64,000 nt of DNA from Candidatus Undinarchaeota archaeon. Its GTDB lineage: Archaea > SpSt-1190 > JASMDC01. The stretch lies in the NCBI GenBank assembly GCA_964519305.1, contig CAZFHY010000019.1:10762-74761 (forward strand). The letters run 5' to 3'. How positions within the stretch are numbered: position 1 is the first letter of the stretch; every line of letters begins with the position of its first letter. The notes beneath the pieces were generated by a model, which made no database searches, had not been told where the DNA came from, and saw only the letters and a list, made by a program, of their open reading frames with translations. Positions 37,335-46,736 of the stretch are shown here, piece by piece. The translations under genes and the position numbers were made by a program.

Positions 37335-38471
37335 ATGGATAGAATGGGACCGAGCGTGGATGATGTGATGTCCCATCTAGAGGAATACGAGTTCTCCACC
37401 TTTCAACTCGGCACGACCAGCCTCCATGACAAGGACTCATTTGTACAAGCTATCACTGAGAGGTTCGGTGCCACCTTCGCCGAGAAGCACCCCGATCTCA
37501 CGATCGTGCTTGGATCAGGTACCATGGAGATTATGACACGTCCACTGTTCGTGTACGGGCGGTACTTCAAGACCTCACGAGAGATCCCACAGACGAGATG
37601 GCCTTGTCGCGTATGTAAGGGCGCTGGTTGTCCACGCTGCGATGGTACGGGAAAAATGTATCAGGAGAGCGTCGAGGAGATACTGGGCGCCCCCCTCCTG
37701 ACAGCTACCGGCGGGACGGGAACCCGGCTCCACGGTTGTGGTCGTGAGGACATCGACGCGCGGATGCTCGGGTCAGGAAGGCCATTCGTAATAGAGGTGC
37801 TCAATCCGCGCTGCCGCACAATCGACCTGCCAGAGATTACGCACGAGAAGGCGGGTTTCATGTTCCTCAGTTTCTGCGAAAAGGGCGTTTCAAGGATGCT
37901 GAAATCTTGTGCAGCGTTCAAACGTTATAGGGCGAAGGTAACACTTGAGAGCGAGGTGGACGATCTGCACCTCAAGAGGGTACATGATCTATGTGGCGTC
38001 CGGATCGACCAACGGACGCCGAACCGTGTTCTCCACCGTCGAAAGGACTTGAAGCGTGGTCGAGCGATAGCGGGTATAGTATGTCGTCGCAGTGGGCCTA
38101 TGGAGCTGGAGCTCGAGCTCGTTGTTGCTTCGGGTTTCTATGTAAAGGAATTCGTTTCCGGCGATGGGGGGAGGAGCACGCCATCCCTTGCAGAGGTCTT
38201 GGACGTCGGGTGTACATGTACACGCCTCGATGTATTGGCCGTGTTCGATCCCACGCTGCTCGATCTCATTAGAGAGACGGGTATGTCGGGTAGCGATCCT
38301 CATGAAGGTGCTCAAATGGTGGGTATGACGCTGTCGTGCGGCTGTGATCCTAAGATCCAGCTTGAGCGCATGTTCACTGTTGATGAGCTTCCCACGGTAA
38401 TGGATGCGCTCTCATATGGCGCCACCGCGGACGCCTCCTTGACGCTCACCTGCACTGACGATGACTTTTAA
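37335..38471 (+). CDS. pus10: tRNA pseudouridine(54/55) synthase Pus10 with a C-terminal extension
   Basis: 'GRYFKTSREIPQTRWPC', 'HGCGREDIDARMLGSGRPF', 'QRTPNRV.HRR', 'GFYVKEFVSGD.GRSTPS'. Confidence 0.92.
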   Translation: MDRMGPSVDDVMSHLEEYEFSTFQLGTTSLHDKDSFVQAITERFGATFAEKHPDLTIVLGSGTMEIMTRPLFVYGRYFKTSREIPQTRWPCRVCKGAGCPRCDGTGKMYQESVEEILGAPLLTATGGTGTRLHGCGREDIDARMLGSGRPFVIEVLNPRCRTIDLPEITHEKAGFMFLSFCEKGVSRMLKSCAAFKRYRAKVTLESEVDDLHLKRVHDLCGVRIDQRTPNRVLHRRKDLKRGRAIAGIVCRRSGPMELELELVVASGFYVKEFVSGDGGRSTPSLAEVLDVGCTCTRLDVLAVFDPTLLDLIRETGMSGSDPHEGAQMVGMTLSCGCDPKIQLERMFTVDELPTVMDALSYGATADASLTLTCTDDDF

Positions 38472-38475
38472 TTAG

Positions 38476-39618
38476 ATGAGAGCTACTGCTCAGGCTATGG
38501 ATGAGGCTCACGAGTCACTCGAGGACATCCTCAATAAGCGTCGCAAGATGGCAAATCGTCTACAGGACGCCATAGCTGGCAGGGAGGATCCAGGGCTCCA
38601 CCCCGGTGGTCCAGCTCCTGATGAGGAGGATGAACCCACTCCTCAGGCTACGAGCGACCTACATCCCCCCTCTGCAACTCCGTTATCATCACCCTCACGT
38701 ACCACTGGCCCTGCGATCTTTGACGAGGGTCTTCCGAGCATGAAGCGGGCCCCGAAGGGTGACGACACCTTCCCTGAGCCAGTAGATCCTTCCAAGGGTG
38801 ATGATAGCTTCCCTGAAGGCCCGGGCTCCGTAAAGGGTGACGATAGCTTCCCTGATGTTTCCGGTCCGATAAAGGGTGACGACCTTTTTCCCGAACCGAC
38901 CTCAGTACCCACTGACGACGGATTCCTCCCTGAGGCGGAGCCAGATTCATCCGCTACCGACGACGGATTCCTCCCTGAGGCGGAGCCAGATTCATCCGCT
39001 ACCGACGATGGATTCCTCCCTGAGGCGGAGGAAGAGCCCGAGCCCTTAGAGGAAGAGCCCGAGCCCGTAGAGGAAGAGCCTGAGCCTGTAGAGGAAGAGC
39101 CCGAGCCCGTAGAGGAAGAGCCTGAGCCCGTAGAGGAAGAGCCTGAGCCTCTCCCTATCCTCGGACCGGAGCCTGTAGAGGAAGAGCCCGAGCCTCTCCC
39201 TATCCTCGGACCGGAGCCTGCAGAGGAAGAGCCCGAGCCTCTCCCCGTCCTCGGACCGGAGCCTGTAGAGGAAGAGCCCGAGCCCATCACTCTGCCCTTT
39301 CATGATGATGAGGAACGTGTTATTCCCTCACGTGAGCCTGTAGAGGCACCTTCCGAGGAGGAACCGGTTTCCGAGCCAAGTGAACCATCTCTGCGTGCAG
39401 TCCCTCTTGAGGAACCGCCAACTCGTTTCGAGCCTGAGACTATACCTGAGCCAGTGCACACGGGGGTCTCGAACTTGGAGAAGGAGGTCCGTTCTTTGAG
39501 CGAAAGTCTTGACGGTCTCCTTCGCGACCGCCAACGGTTCCCTAACAGCGAGGTATTCTATAACGTCCTTAACGAGGCGTCTAACGGTCTGAAGGACTCA
39601 CTTGACCTGTTACGCTGA
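38476..39618 (+). CDS. Acidic Pro/Glu tandem-repeat protein with helical termini
   Basis: Repeats KGDDxFP, TDDGFLPEAEPDSSA, EEEPEPV, EEEPEPLPILGPEP. Confidence 0.7.
   Translation: MRATAQAMDEAHESLEDILNKRRKMANRLQDAIAGREDPGLHPGGPAPDEEDEPTPQATSDLHPPSATPLSSPSRTTGPAIFDEGLPSMKRAPKGDDTFPEPVDPSKGDDSFPEGPGSVKGDDSFPDVSGPIKGDDLFPEPTSVPTDDGFLPEAEPDSSATDDGFLPEAEPDSSATDDGFLPEAEEEPEPLEEEPEPVEEEPEPVEEEPEPVEEEPEPVEEEPEPLPILGPEPVEEEPEPLPILGPEPAEEEPEPLPVLGPEPVEEEPEPITLPFHDDEERVIPSREPVEAPSEEEPVSEPSEPSLRAVPLEEPPTRFEPETIPEPVHTGVSNLEKEVRSLSESLDGLLRDRQRFPNSEVFYNVLNEASNGLKDSLDLLR
38914..39286 (+). repeat. Coding tandem repeats with 45-, 21- and 42-nt units
   Basis: gacgacggattcctccctgaggcggagccagattcatccgctacc x2.6, then gaggaagagccYgagccYKta arrays. 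Confidence 0.9.
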
Positions 39619-39634
39619 TCACGAGAGTCTGCGG

Positions 39635-40195
39635 TCATGACTCGCTGAGGACCTCGTAGAGCTCTCGGTTCAGAACGACACGGTTGACCTTACCGAGCCG
39701 CTCTTTTGCGATGATGCCCTTGTTCTCGAGGTTCTTGAGGATACGGTGGGTCTTGACCTTGTTTAGGTTAGGGAGATGAGATAGCTCATACTGTTGGACC
39801 TTTCCTCCGTTCTCGAGGATCGTGTCCACTACCTTGCGCTCAAGGGGATTGAGGAACTTGAGGATGATACGTGTGTTCTTCTGAAGGACTGTTTCCTTGT
39901 GAACAATCCGGTCGGCCATGATGTAATAGACCACGGTCCCTACGAAGAGCCCGATAAATGCGAAGAAAGGAATCAAATAATAACCGTGGAGCCATGGTTG
40001 AGCTCCGAACCGTTCCTCGAGATACTCCTTGATTTCATCTTTCGACATGCGGTCGATGGCATCCGGAGTGAGACGGGCCGCGGTCCGTTCCTGATGCTGG
40101 AGATTGAAGTAGAAACTTACCGATATGACGAGGAGGGCAAAGGAGACTATAAGGCCGATGGCCAGTACCTTGTTCTTGTTACCCTCGGAATCCAC
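39635..40195 (-). CDS. Membrane-anchored helix-turn-helix regulator (two TM + C-terminal wHTH, COG2512-like)
   Basis: Two TM segments, then 'LNPLERKVV...GGKVQQYEL...KVKTHRILKNLENKGII..ERLGKVNRV'. Confidence 0.8.
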   Translation of the reverse strand: MDSEGNKNKVLAIGLIVSFALLVISVSFYFNLQHQERTAARLTPDAIDRMSKDEIKEYLEERFGAQPWLHGYYLIPFFAFIGLFVGTVVYYIMADRIVHKETVLQKNTRIILKFLNPLERKVVDTILENGGKVQQYELSHLPNLNKVKTHRILKNLENKGIIAKERLGKVNRVVLNRELYEVLSES

Positions 40196-40355
40196 ATACC
40201 TCAGAAAGGGCGACAGGTTTTTAACCGTTTCTTGGACGTTCTAGTCAACGGTTTCGTGCTCCTGAAACCAATATATACCCGATAATCGATAGTTTCAATA
40301 ACTTGGATATATAGTTTCATCATGAGGATTTTATTGTGATCAGCGAGAACCGAGG

Positions 40356-41117
40356 ATGAGAGACATGAAAGAAGTGATCGCACTATTATTGGTAGTAGCG
40401 CTAACGGGCACGTTCCTCATGGCCATCGCGCCGGACGCTCCTTCTCCGGTATTAGTCCCAGACAAGGCCCCACCAGCATCCCCCTTGGAGTTGGAGGGTC
40501 CGCCGGTGCCTGTGGAGCGAACAGCAATCGAGCCTGGTGTTAGAACGCTCGGGTGTACCGGAGATTGTGCGAGCTGTCCATTTGCCGATGGGGATGGCGG
40601 TTGTCCTCACGAAAAAGAAGATACTGGATGCAAACATGAGGACGCGGGGGAAGAGCACGTAGTAGAGATCCGCGGTCGTGATATGAAGTCGATGACCGTT
40701 CGTGAGATTGCGGTGCTCTGGGGCATCGATCCGAAAAAGCTGTTGGATGCCACAGTACAGCGGTTCGGGCTCCTCGGCGACCACTCTACCGAAAGTACAT
40801 TGGATGATCTTCGGGCAGAACGGCGGTTCCCTCCTGCGGACGTGAAGACGATCGCAGATGGAATAGCGTGGGAAGCCCCGGCCCCAGAGGTCATAACAGA
40901 GCCCGCCGTGCCCCATAACTGCGGTGGCTGCCCCTACGCATCAGCGGGAGGGGGCTGCGCGCTCGCTAGAGATGAACCCCCTGAAGATGTAGAACCCAAA
41001 GACCAGTACGGGGGTTGTCCTATAGGGATGGTCAACGACCCGTACCCCGGCGACTGTGGTCAATACGTGGATTCCGACCGGAACGGGTATTGTGATTTAA
41101 GCGAATATGCCATATAG
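40356..41117 (+). CDS. Secreted Cys-rich protein
   Basis: Signal/anchor; CTGDCASCP..C, CGGCP..C and 'CPIGMVNDPYPGDCGQYVDSDRNGYCD' modules. Confidence 0.7.
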   Translation: MRDMKEVIALLLVVALTGTFLMAIAPDAPSPVLVPDKAPPASPLELEGPPVPVERTAIEPGVRTLGCTGDCASCPFADGDGGCPHEKEDTGCKHEDAGEEHVVEIRGRDMKSMTVREIAVLWGIDPKKLLDATVQRFGLLGDHSTESTLDDLRAERRFPPADVKTIADGIAWEAPAPEVITEPAVPHNCGGCPYASAGGGCALARDEPPEDVEPKDQYGGCPIGMVNDPYPGDCGQYVDSDRNGYCDLSEYAI

Positions 41118-41155
41118 GAGGTGGGGATGACCACCGTCCCTTCCACTGTACAGGT

Positions 41156-41440
41156 GTGAAGCTTATGAATCGGACCGACATCAACTACATAGTCGACGTT
41201 ACCATGGCGGTGTTCTTCCTCCTGAGCTTCACCACCGGTCTCATCAAGTTCCCTGCCATCCTCGTTTACGTACTGCAGGTGTATGGTACCCTCCCCATGT
41301 ACAAGATAACCTGGGTGCACGACTACAGCGGGCTCGCTTTCGGCACCCTCGGTGTGATCCATCTGCTACTGCATTGGGATTGGCTCGTAGCGATGACGCG
41401 ACGAAAGCTGGGTACAACGAAACGGGAGACTAAAGAGTAA
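41156..41440 (+). CDS. DUF4405 family (cytochrome b-like) small membrane protein
   Basis: 'INYIVD', 'TGLIKF', 'VHDYSG...IHLLLHWDWL'. Confidence 0.8.
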   Translation: MKLMNRTDINYIVDVTMAVFFLLSFTTGLIKFPAILVYVLQVYGTLPMYKITWVHDYSGLAFGTLGVIHLLLHWDWLVAMTRRKLGTTKRETKE

Positions 41441-41510
41441 AGCGATCGATGGGCCTGAGAAGGACGCACCACGAGAAAGCTTTTAATATCCGCTTAATCT
41501 CCCAGCCGCC

Positions 41511-42335
41511 ATGGCCCATTGTGCCGAGTGCGGCAAGGATGTCACCATGCCTTACCGGTGCAAGTTCTGCGGCCAGCATTTCTGCGATGACCATCGACTA
41601 CCCGAGAACCATGGCTGTACTGGTCTGGAGGAGTACAAACGCAAACGTCGTGAGGGTCGCACAGATCCCGTAAAGGCCCGAAAGAAAGGAGAGAAGCACG
41701 ACTCGCATATCATCTACACACCCTCACAGGTGCGACATGAGGTCGTGATGGGGTCACTGGATGCCTTCCGTGTAACTAACCGGGCCCTTGTCCCAAAGAT
41801 AGTCGGACTGTGCGTTGCCGTGTTCGCACTTCAGATCCTGCTCGGTGCATGGTTCACCCGAGCCTTCATGCTCTATCCCATATACGCGTTCTCGCAGCCC
41901 TGGACACTTTTCACACATATGCTCCTCCACGCGAGCATCGGTCACATATTCTTCAACATGTGGATCCTGTACATATTCGGGACTCGTCTTGAACAGGATA
42001 TCGGAAGCGAGACATTCATCACGATCTTCCTTCTTGCAGGTCTCTCTGGAGGACTGGCCTATGTCGTATTGAATCCCGGCTCAGCAGTCCCTGCCCTGGG
42101 CGCGAGCGGTGCGATCTATGGTGTGTTCGGTTGTCTTGCGATCCTGCGACCGAACCTTACAGTGCTCATCCAGTTCCTCATACCCATGCGGCTCATCCAT
42201 GCTGCCATTCTCTACGCGGCCATCGACCTGATGCAGTTCGGGTCCGCTGACAACGTGGGCCATGCAGCTCATCTGGCGGGCATCCTGGTGGGCTTCGCGG
42301 CGGGCAAGTACCTGCGCGACCACGGTGTGCACTGA
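41511..42335 (+). CDS. Rhomboid intramembrane serine protease with an N-terminal AN1 zinc finger
   Basis: 'CAEC...CKFCGQHFCDDHRLPENHGC'; 'HIFFNM', 'GASGAIYG', 'AHLAG'. Confidence 0.93.
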   Translation: MAHCAECGKDVTMPYRCKFCGQHFCDDHRLPENHGCTGLEEYKRKRREGRTDPVKARKKGEKHDSHIIYTPSQVRHEVVMGSLDAFRVTNRALVPKIVGLCVAVFALQILLGAWFTRAFMLYPIYAFSQPWTLFTHMLLHASIGHIFFNMWILYIFGTRLEQDIGSETFITIFLLAGLSGGLAYVVLNPGSAVPALGASGAIYGVFGCLAILRPNLTVLIQFLIPMRLIHAAILYAAIDLMQFGSADNVGHAAHLAGILVGFAAGKYLRDHGVH

Positions 42336-42422
42336 CCTTTCGGCCTTTTACAAAGTTGGGTATCGACCCTAAGAAAATCCTTTCTTATTTAAACCGGGAA
42401 AACAAAGAGAGTAGTGGGCATA

Positions 42423-43493
42423 ATGGCCAAGGACATTGTGGGGGAGGACACGTCATCTGATGTGCCGAAGGACGATTCCGTCCAGAAGGATGAGGTCCCC
42501 ACCAAGAAGCCGGACAGGGAGGAACCCTCATCCAAAAAGGACGCGCCAGCCCCCAAGGACGAGGGCCGCGGACCTGAGGACGAAGGCCACGGTCCCGAAG
42601 GAGAACTTCCCGTCCCACCTCCGAAGACCTGGGGCCAGTGGTTCCACGCCGAGCTCCTAGACCTGGAAAAGACAGTTGCTGCGCTCCTGGTGACCGCTCT
42701 CGTGGTCGTTGCGTTCAATGGTCTAACTGGTATGTCGAAATCATCTTCCGAAGTTATGATGACGGACCGTGCGAGGTCCGACTATGTCGCCGAACCGCCC
42801 CCGCCTCCTGCGCCGACGGCTGACCCTAACACTAAGGGTCTAAAGGGACCCGCTCCGACGATGGAAGTGCAAGGGGGTGGGGGGGAGACAGCTGATACCG
42901 GTTCCGAGATGGCAGAACCCGATCCATCTCTCGACATGGGCCTTGAGGGACGCGAAACAGATCCGGCGCCGGTCAAAGTCGAGGGCGCCGACGATTATGA
43001 AGGTGCGGTAGGTGCTTCTGGTGGCGGGAGTAACACCGAGGGTTCTGCCACAGGACCCGCATTAGACCGAGCTGACGCAGCTCCTCCATCTCTTCAGGAG
43101 CCGGATGAGGATCAGGAGGGACCGGACTCCATACCACAATCCCAGGACAAGCCCGCCGCAGCAGCACCGGACAAAGGAGAAAAGAGCAGCGTTTCGAACA
43201 CCCTCCGTAACATGCTCGACCTAAAGGACATAGCAGAGATATTCATAATCGTGCGTGCATTCTTCCTCCTGAACGTCCGACGTCTCTTGGGGGCACAGCC
43301 CGCCTCGCCCTATCCCGCGTCCAATGTCGGAGCTCAGGGGTATCCCCAACAAGGATACGGCTACCAGCAGTACGGTGCACAGGGGGGCTACCAGGGTCAA
43401 GCGGGCATGTACAAGGGACAAGGCTACGGACAGCAACAGGTGTACCAGGGGCAGCAGTACCCCGCCCAGCAGCGCCCCTATCGCCAGTACTGA
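42423..43493 (+). CDS. Low-complexity membrane protein with a Gln/Tyr/Gly-rich C-terminal tail
   Basis: Two hydrophobic segments separated by an acidic Pro/Gly loop; tail GYPQQGYGYQQYG...RPYRQY. Confidence 0.7.
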   Translation: MAKDIVGEDTSSDVPKDDSVQKDEVPTKKPDREEPSSKKDAPAPKDEGRGPEDEGHGPEGELPVPPPKTWGQWFHAELLDLEKTVAALLVTALVVVAFNGLTGMSKSSSEVMMTDRARSDYVAEPPPPPAPTADPNTKGLKGPAPTMEVQGGGGETADTGSEMAEPDPSLDMGLEGRETDPAPVKVEGADDYEGAVGASGGGSNTEGSATGPALDRADAAPPSLQEPDEDQEGPDSIPQSQDKPAAAAPDKGEKSSVSNTLRNMLDLKDIAEIFIIVRAFFLLNVRRLLGAQPASPYPASNVGAQGYPQQGYGYQQYGAQGGYQGQAGMYKGQGYGQQQVYQGQQYPAQQRPYRQY

Positions 43494-43539
43494 TCCTTGA
43501 GGGATAGGTACTTAAACGGCGGCCGGTATCCTCTTTCCG

Positions 43540-43965
43540 ATGGAGGTCGCCCTCTCGGCCATGGATGTCGCCCGGGCGTTCCACGTGCTATTCCTGGCAG
43601 GAGTCGCCGTGGGGCTCGTGGCCGTGCTCGTTGCAGAGCTTATCCCGTCCGTGTACGATCCCGTCGTATCCCCTGCCTTATTCGTCCTGGGTGTAATAGT
43701 CCTCTCGTTCCCTCCCCTGCTGATCTACTTCCTCATGCGGGGGCTCGCACGGAACCTATTGGTCGTGAACACCTACGTTCTAATATCGTTCTTCTTCTCA
43801 CGGCTACGTCTATCCATCGCGTTCATGGTAGGGACGACCGTAGCGACCATCGTGCTCTGTGTCCTCTACCCCCAGCAGGGATTACCCTATGCGCTCTTCG
43901 GTGCGGGAGTGGGGATCATTGGTACACTGACGCTCCTCTGGAACGAGATGGTCTCTCCGGAATGA
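43540..43965 (+). CDS. Hypothetical four-TM membrane protein
   Basis: Hydrophobic ORF with a TATA box about 25 nt upstream. Confidence 0.65.
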   Translation: MEVALSAMDVARAFHVLFLAGVAVGLVAVLVAELIPSVYDPVVSPALFVLGVIVLSFPPLLIYFLMRGLARNLLVVNTYVLISFFFSRLRLSIAFMVGTTVATIVLCVLYPQQGLPYALFGAGVGIIGTLTLLWNEMVSPE

Positions 43966-43973
43966 GCCTGTGG

Positions 43974-44870
43974 TCACTCATCCCGGTCGAGGACGTAGTG
44001 TGTGAACACGCGCTCGAGAGACGGGTAGAGCAGACGGGTCTCCACGATCTGGGCCTTCGCCTTCTTCACGGCCTTGCGTACGTCCTCCTCCTCTCCACGG
44101 GGTACACGTACGGCGAAGTCTCGGGGACCGACCCGACGAGCGTCCTTCAGGCTAGGGACCTCGCCGCGATAGGTCACCTCCACTCGCTGGTCCTTCTCGA
44201 TGCGACGCTTGAGCTCGCCCGGAGCCCCTGTCACGAGCACGCGACCGCGGTCGATGATGGCCACCCGGTCGCACAGCTTGTCCGCTTCCGTGAGGTCGTG
44301 TGTGCACAGGAGGATGGTCTTCCCTTCTGACTGCAGGTCCACGACCAGCTCATGCATGGTGGCGCGGGTGAGGGGATCGAGACCGGATGTGGGCTCGTCC
44401 AGGAAAAGGATATGGGGATCATTTATCACGGCTCGCGCGAGGGCGACACGTCGGGCCATGCCCTTGGACAGGGTCGAGATCCGACTGTCCATGAGCTCTT
44501 CCAGCCTGAAGCGCTCGGAGAGCACCTCCAGACGAGCTTCGACATCGATGGGATAGAAACCGCCCATGAACCGCAGGAACTCGCCGGCGGTCATGGCGCC
44601 GTACATAGCTGTCACCTCGGGAAGATAACCGATGCGCTCCTTTACCCGGATAGGTTCATCCGTCACGTCGATGCCGTCAACGAACGCACCCCCGGATGTG
44701 GGCATGATGAGGCCGGTGAGCACCTTGATGAGGGTCGTCTTGCCAGCACCATTCGGTCCCAGGAGCCCCACGACCTCTCCCTTCTCCACCGACAGGGATA
44801 CGCCTCGGAGCGCAGTTGTCGCTCCGTACGTCCTCACAAGCTCCGTGGTCTCGATCGCAGGTGCCGCCAT
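43974..44870 (-). CDS. ABC transporter ATP-binding protein (ABC-2/DrrA type)
   Basis: GPNGAGKTT, LSKGMARR, LFLDEPTSGLDP, CTHDL. Confidence 0.93.
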   Translation of the reverse strand: MAAPAIETTELVRTYGATTALRGVSLSVEKGEVVGLLGPNGAGKTTLIKVLTGLIMPTSGGAFVDGIDVTDEPIRVKERIGYLPEVTAMYGAMTAGEFLRFMGGFYPIDVEARLEVLSERFRLEELMDSRISTLSKGMARRVALARAVINDPHILFLDEPTSGLDPLTRATMHELVVDLQSEGKTILLCTHDLTEADKLCDRVAIIDRGRVLVTGAPGELKRRIEKDQRVEVTYRGEVPSLKDARRVGPRDFAVRVPRGEEEDVRKAVKKAKAQIVETRLLYPSLERVFTHYVLDRDE

Positions 44871-44924
44871 CCTGAGCCGCTCCTTAGTTGAACATTTATA
44901 TCGCTTTTGCCCCGAAAGCCCTGT

Positions 44925-46736
44925 GTGAGAGCTCGACATGTGGCACGCATGGAGTTCTCCCTCCTTCGGGGAGAGGGTCCGCTCTTCATCAGCGTGATCG
45001 TGCTCCCGCTGGCCGCTTTTATGTTGTACTCCGCGTTCCAGACGGTGCTCCTCTCGGAGGAACATCTCCAGGTCTCGGCAGCCTTCAAGGGATTCATCCC
45101 CGTGGCGGTGTACTCGAACAACGATAATATCGTAATTCAAGCGCTCACGAACTTCACACGGTTCGAACTGGTCCACGCTCGCGATCCGGAGCATGCACTT
45201 GCCATGGTAACACGTCGTCAGGTATGCATGGCCGTTGTGTTAAAGGATTTCTACGTGGCCGTCAACCACACAGGGACCGTCCTGATATTTCCCGACATGA
45301 CCAATCCCAAGACAAAGCTGGCATTACGTGACCTCATTGATATAGTGAGGACCATCGCTCGTCCGGTGGTCAGGGAGAACCTGAGGTTCGCAGTAGAAGT
45401 GGAGGCACCCATCGCCATCGAGACAGTCTACCCTGATGATTATGCGGATGCCCGGAACCGCCCGCTCACTGCCGGGGACACAACTGAGGAGCAAGGACCG
45501 ACCGATACAGGGACGGGAGCAGAGGCGGCCGAGAGCGATGGCAGGCTCGCTGAGGAGTCCATCCCTCTCAATGTAATCTTTGTGATCTCCGCGTTCCTTG
45601 TCGGTGCTTTCCTAATCAGCGGTATGTGCGCTATGTCCTTGGCCAACGAACGTGTGCGACGCCAGGGGGAGTTCCTTTTCTCAGCCCCTCTAGAAGCAAG
45701 TGATGTGCTTTTGGGAAAGGTAGCTCCCTATGCCGGGCTCATTATCTACATGATGGTCGCTGTATCCGGCTACCTGGCATGGTCCGGTCTGATATCCAAT
45801 CCCGTTCTCTCATTTGCGTTTCTGGGTGTGGTCGGTGCGTTACCGCTGGCCATCGCCTGTCTCATCGGGACCGTGGCCGCTTCGTTCCACCAGCTGACAT
45901 TCCTCCTGACATTCTCGTACTTCCTTCTGTTCCTGGTGTTCGTGCTCCCAGCATTGCTGGTTAAGCTCACACTGGCATCCTTCATTTCCCCTGTGACCGT
46001 GCTAATCCTTCTTGCCCTAAAGGCCCCCTTGATCCCGATGCGGGTGGCGATCTCTTTAGCGCCTTCCCTCGTCACCATTTTTGTCACCATGGCGGCCACC
46101 AAGGTGCTCTTCACGGCCGAGCACCTTCTGTATGAAGCGCCATCCCTCTTGACCGTCGTCCTCTCCCTGGCCGACGCCGCCCTTGCCCGTTTCAGGGGAT
46201 GGGTCGGAGAGGTGATAGTGTTCCCCTTCATTGTCGCGGTGGCCGTGTTCCCTCTGGTTTTCATCATCGAGCTAGTTACCCTTTTCATCCTCTTCTCGCT
46301 CTTTTCATCCCTTACGATGTTCACTCTCTTCCTTACCGTACCCATATGGGCACTTGCCGAAGAGGTGGCCAAGTCAGCAGGCGTGTTCATTCTGGCCTAC
46401 AGGAGGTCCGAGATACGTTCACCCCTTGCCTTCGCAGCGATGGGTGCTGCCGCAGGACTGGGCTTCTTCGCGGCGGAGAAGACACTGAACCTCCTCCTAT
46501 TGGCCAATGCCGTCACCCTGGACCGCTACTTGTTGGGGATTGTGCTAGTCGCAACGACCATATCCGCGGCCATACAGGCCGGCTGTTCGGCCATCTACGG
46601 GCTCGGGATCTACTTCCTCGTACGAAGACGTAACGCGATTGCGTTCGCAGCGTTCTTCTTCCTTGCAGTCGCAATCCATCTAGTTGCTGACGTGATCATA
46701 ATCTCACGCTCGCTGGGGGTGATGGGATGGGGCTGA
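44925..46736 (+). CDS. ABC-2 permease fused to a PrsW-like intramembrane protease domain
   Basis: 'SLANERVRRQGEFLFSAP...LLGK' permease motif; C-terminal 'AEEVAK', 'GFFAAEK', 'IHLVAD'. Confidence 0.8.
   Translation: MRARHVARMEFSLLRGEGPLFISVIVLPLAAFMLYSAFQTVLLSEEHLQVSAAFKGFIPVAVYSNNDNIVIQALTNFTRFELVHARDPEHALAMVTRRQVCMAVVLKDFYVAVNHTGTVLIFPDMTNPKTKLALRDLIDIVRTIARPVVRENLRFAVEVEAPIAIETVYPDDYADARNRPLTAGDTTEEQGPTDTGTGAEAAESDGRLAEESIPLNVIFVISAFLVGAFLISGMCAMSLANERVRRQGEFLFSAPLEASDVLLGKVAPYAGLIIYMMVAVSGYLAWSGLISNPVLSFAFLGVVGALPLAIACLIGTVAASFHQLTFLLTFSYFLLFLVFVLPALLVKLTLASFISPVTVLILLALKAPLIPMRVAISLAPSLVTIFVTMAATKVLFTAEHLLYEAPSLLTVVLSLADAALARFRGWVGEVIVFPFIVAVAVFPLVFIIELVTLFILFSLFSSLTMFTLFLTVPIWALAEEVAKSAGVFILAYRRSEIRSPLAFAAMGAAAGLGFFAAEKTLNLLLLANAVTLDRYLLGIVLVATTISAAIQAGCSAIYGLGIYFLVRRRNAIAFAAFFFLAVAIHLVADVIIISRSLGVMGWG

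Noticed and set aside
38914-39286. Regular repeats as a possible CRISPR array
   Set aside because: Unit lengths are multiples of 3, in frame, without unique spacers; no cas genes in the window
43497-44330. 277-aa plus-strand ORF and extended N-termini given for several genes (2815, 29792, 45194, 52888, 56384, 56604)
   Set aside because: These overlap other genes or promoters; family motifs, RBS and TATA spacing support shorter starts
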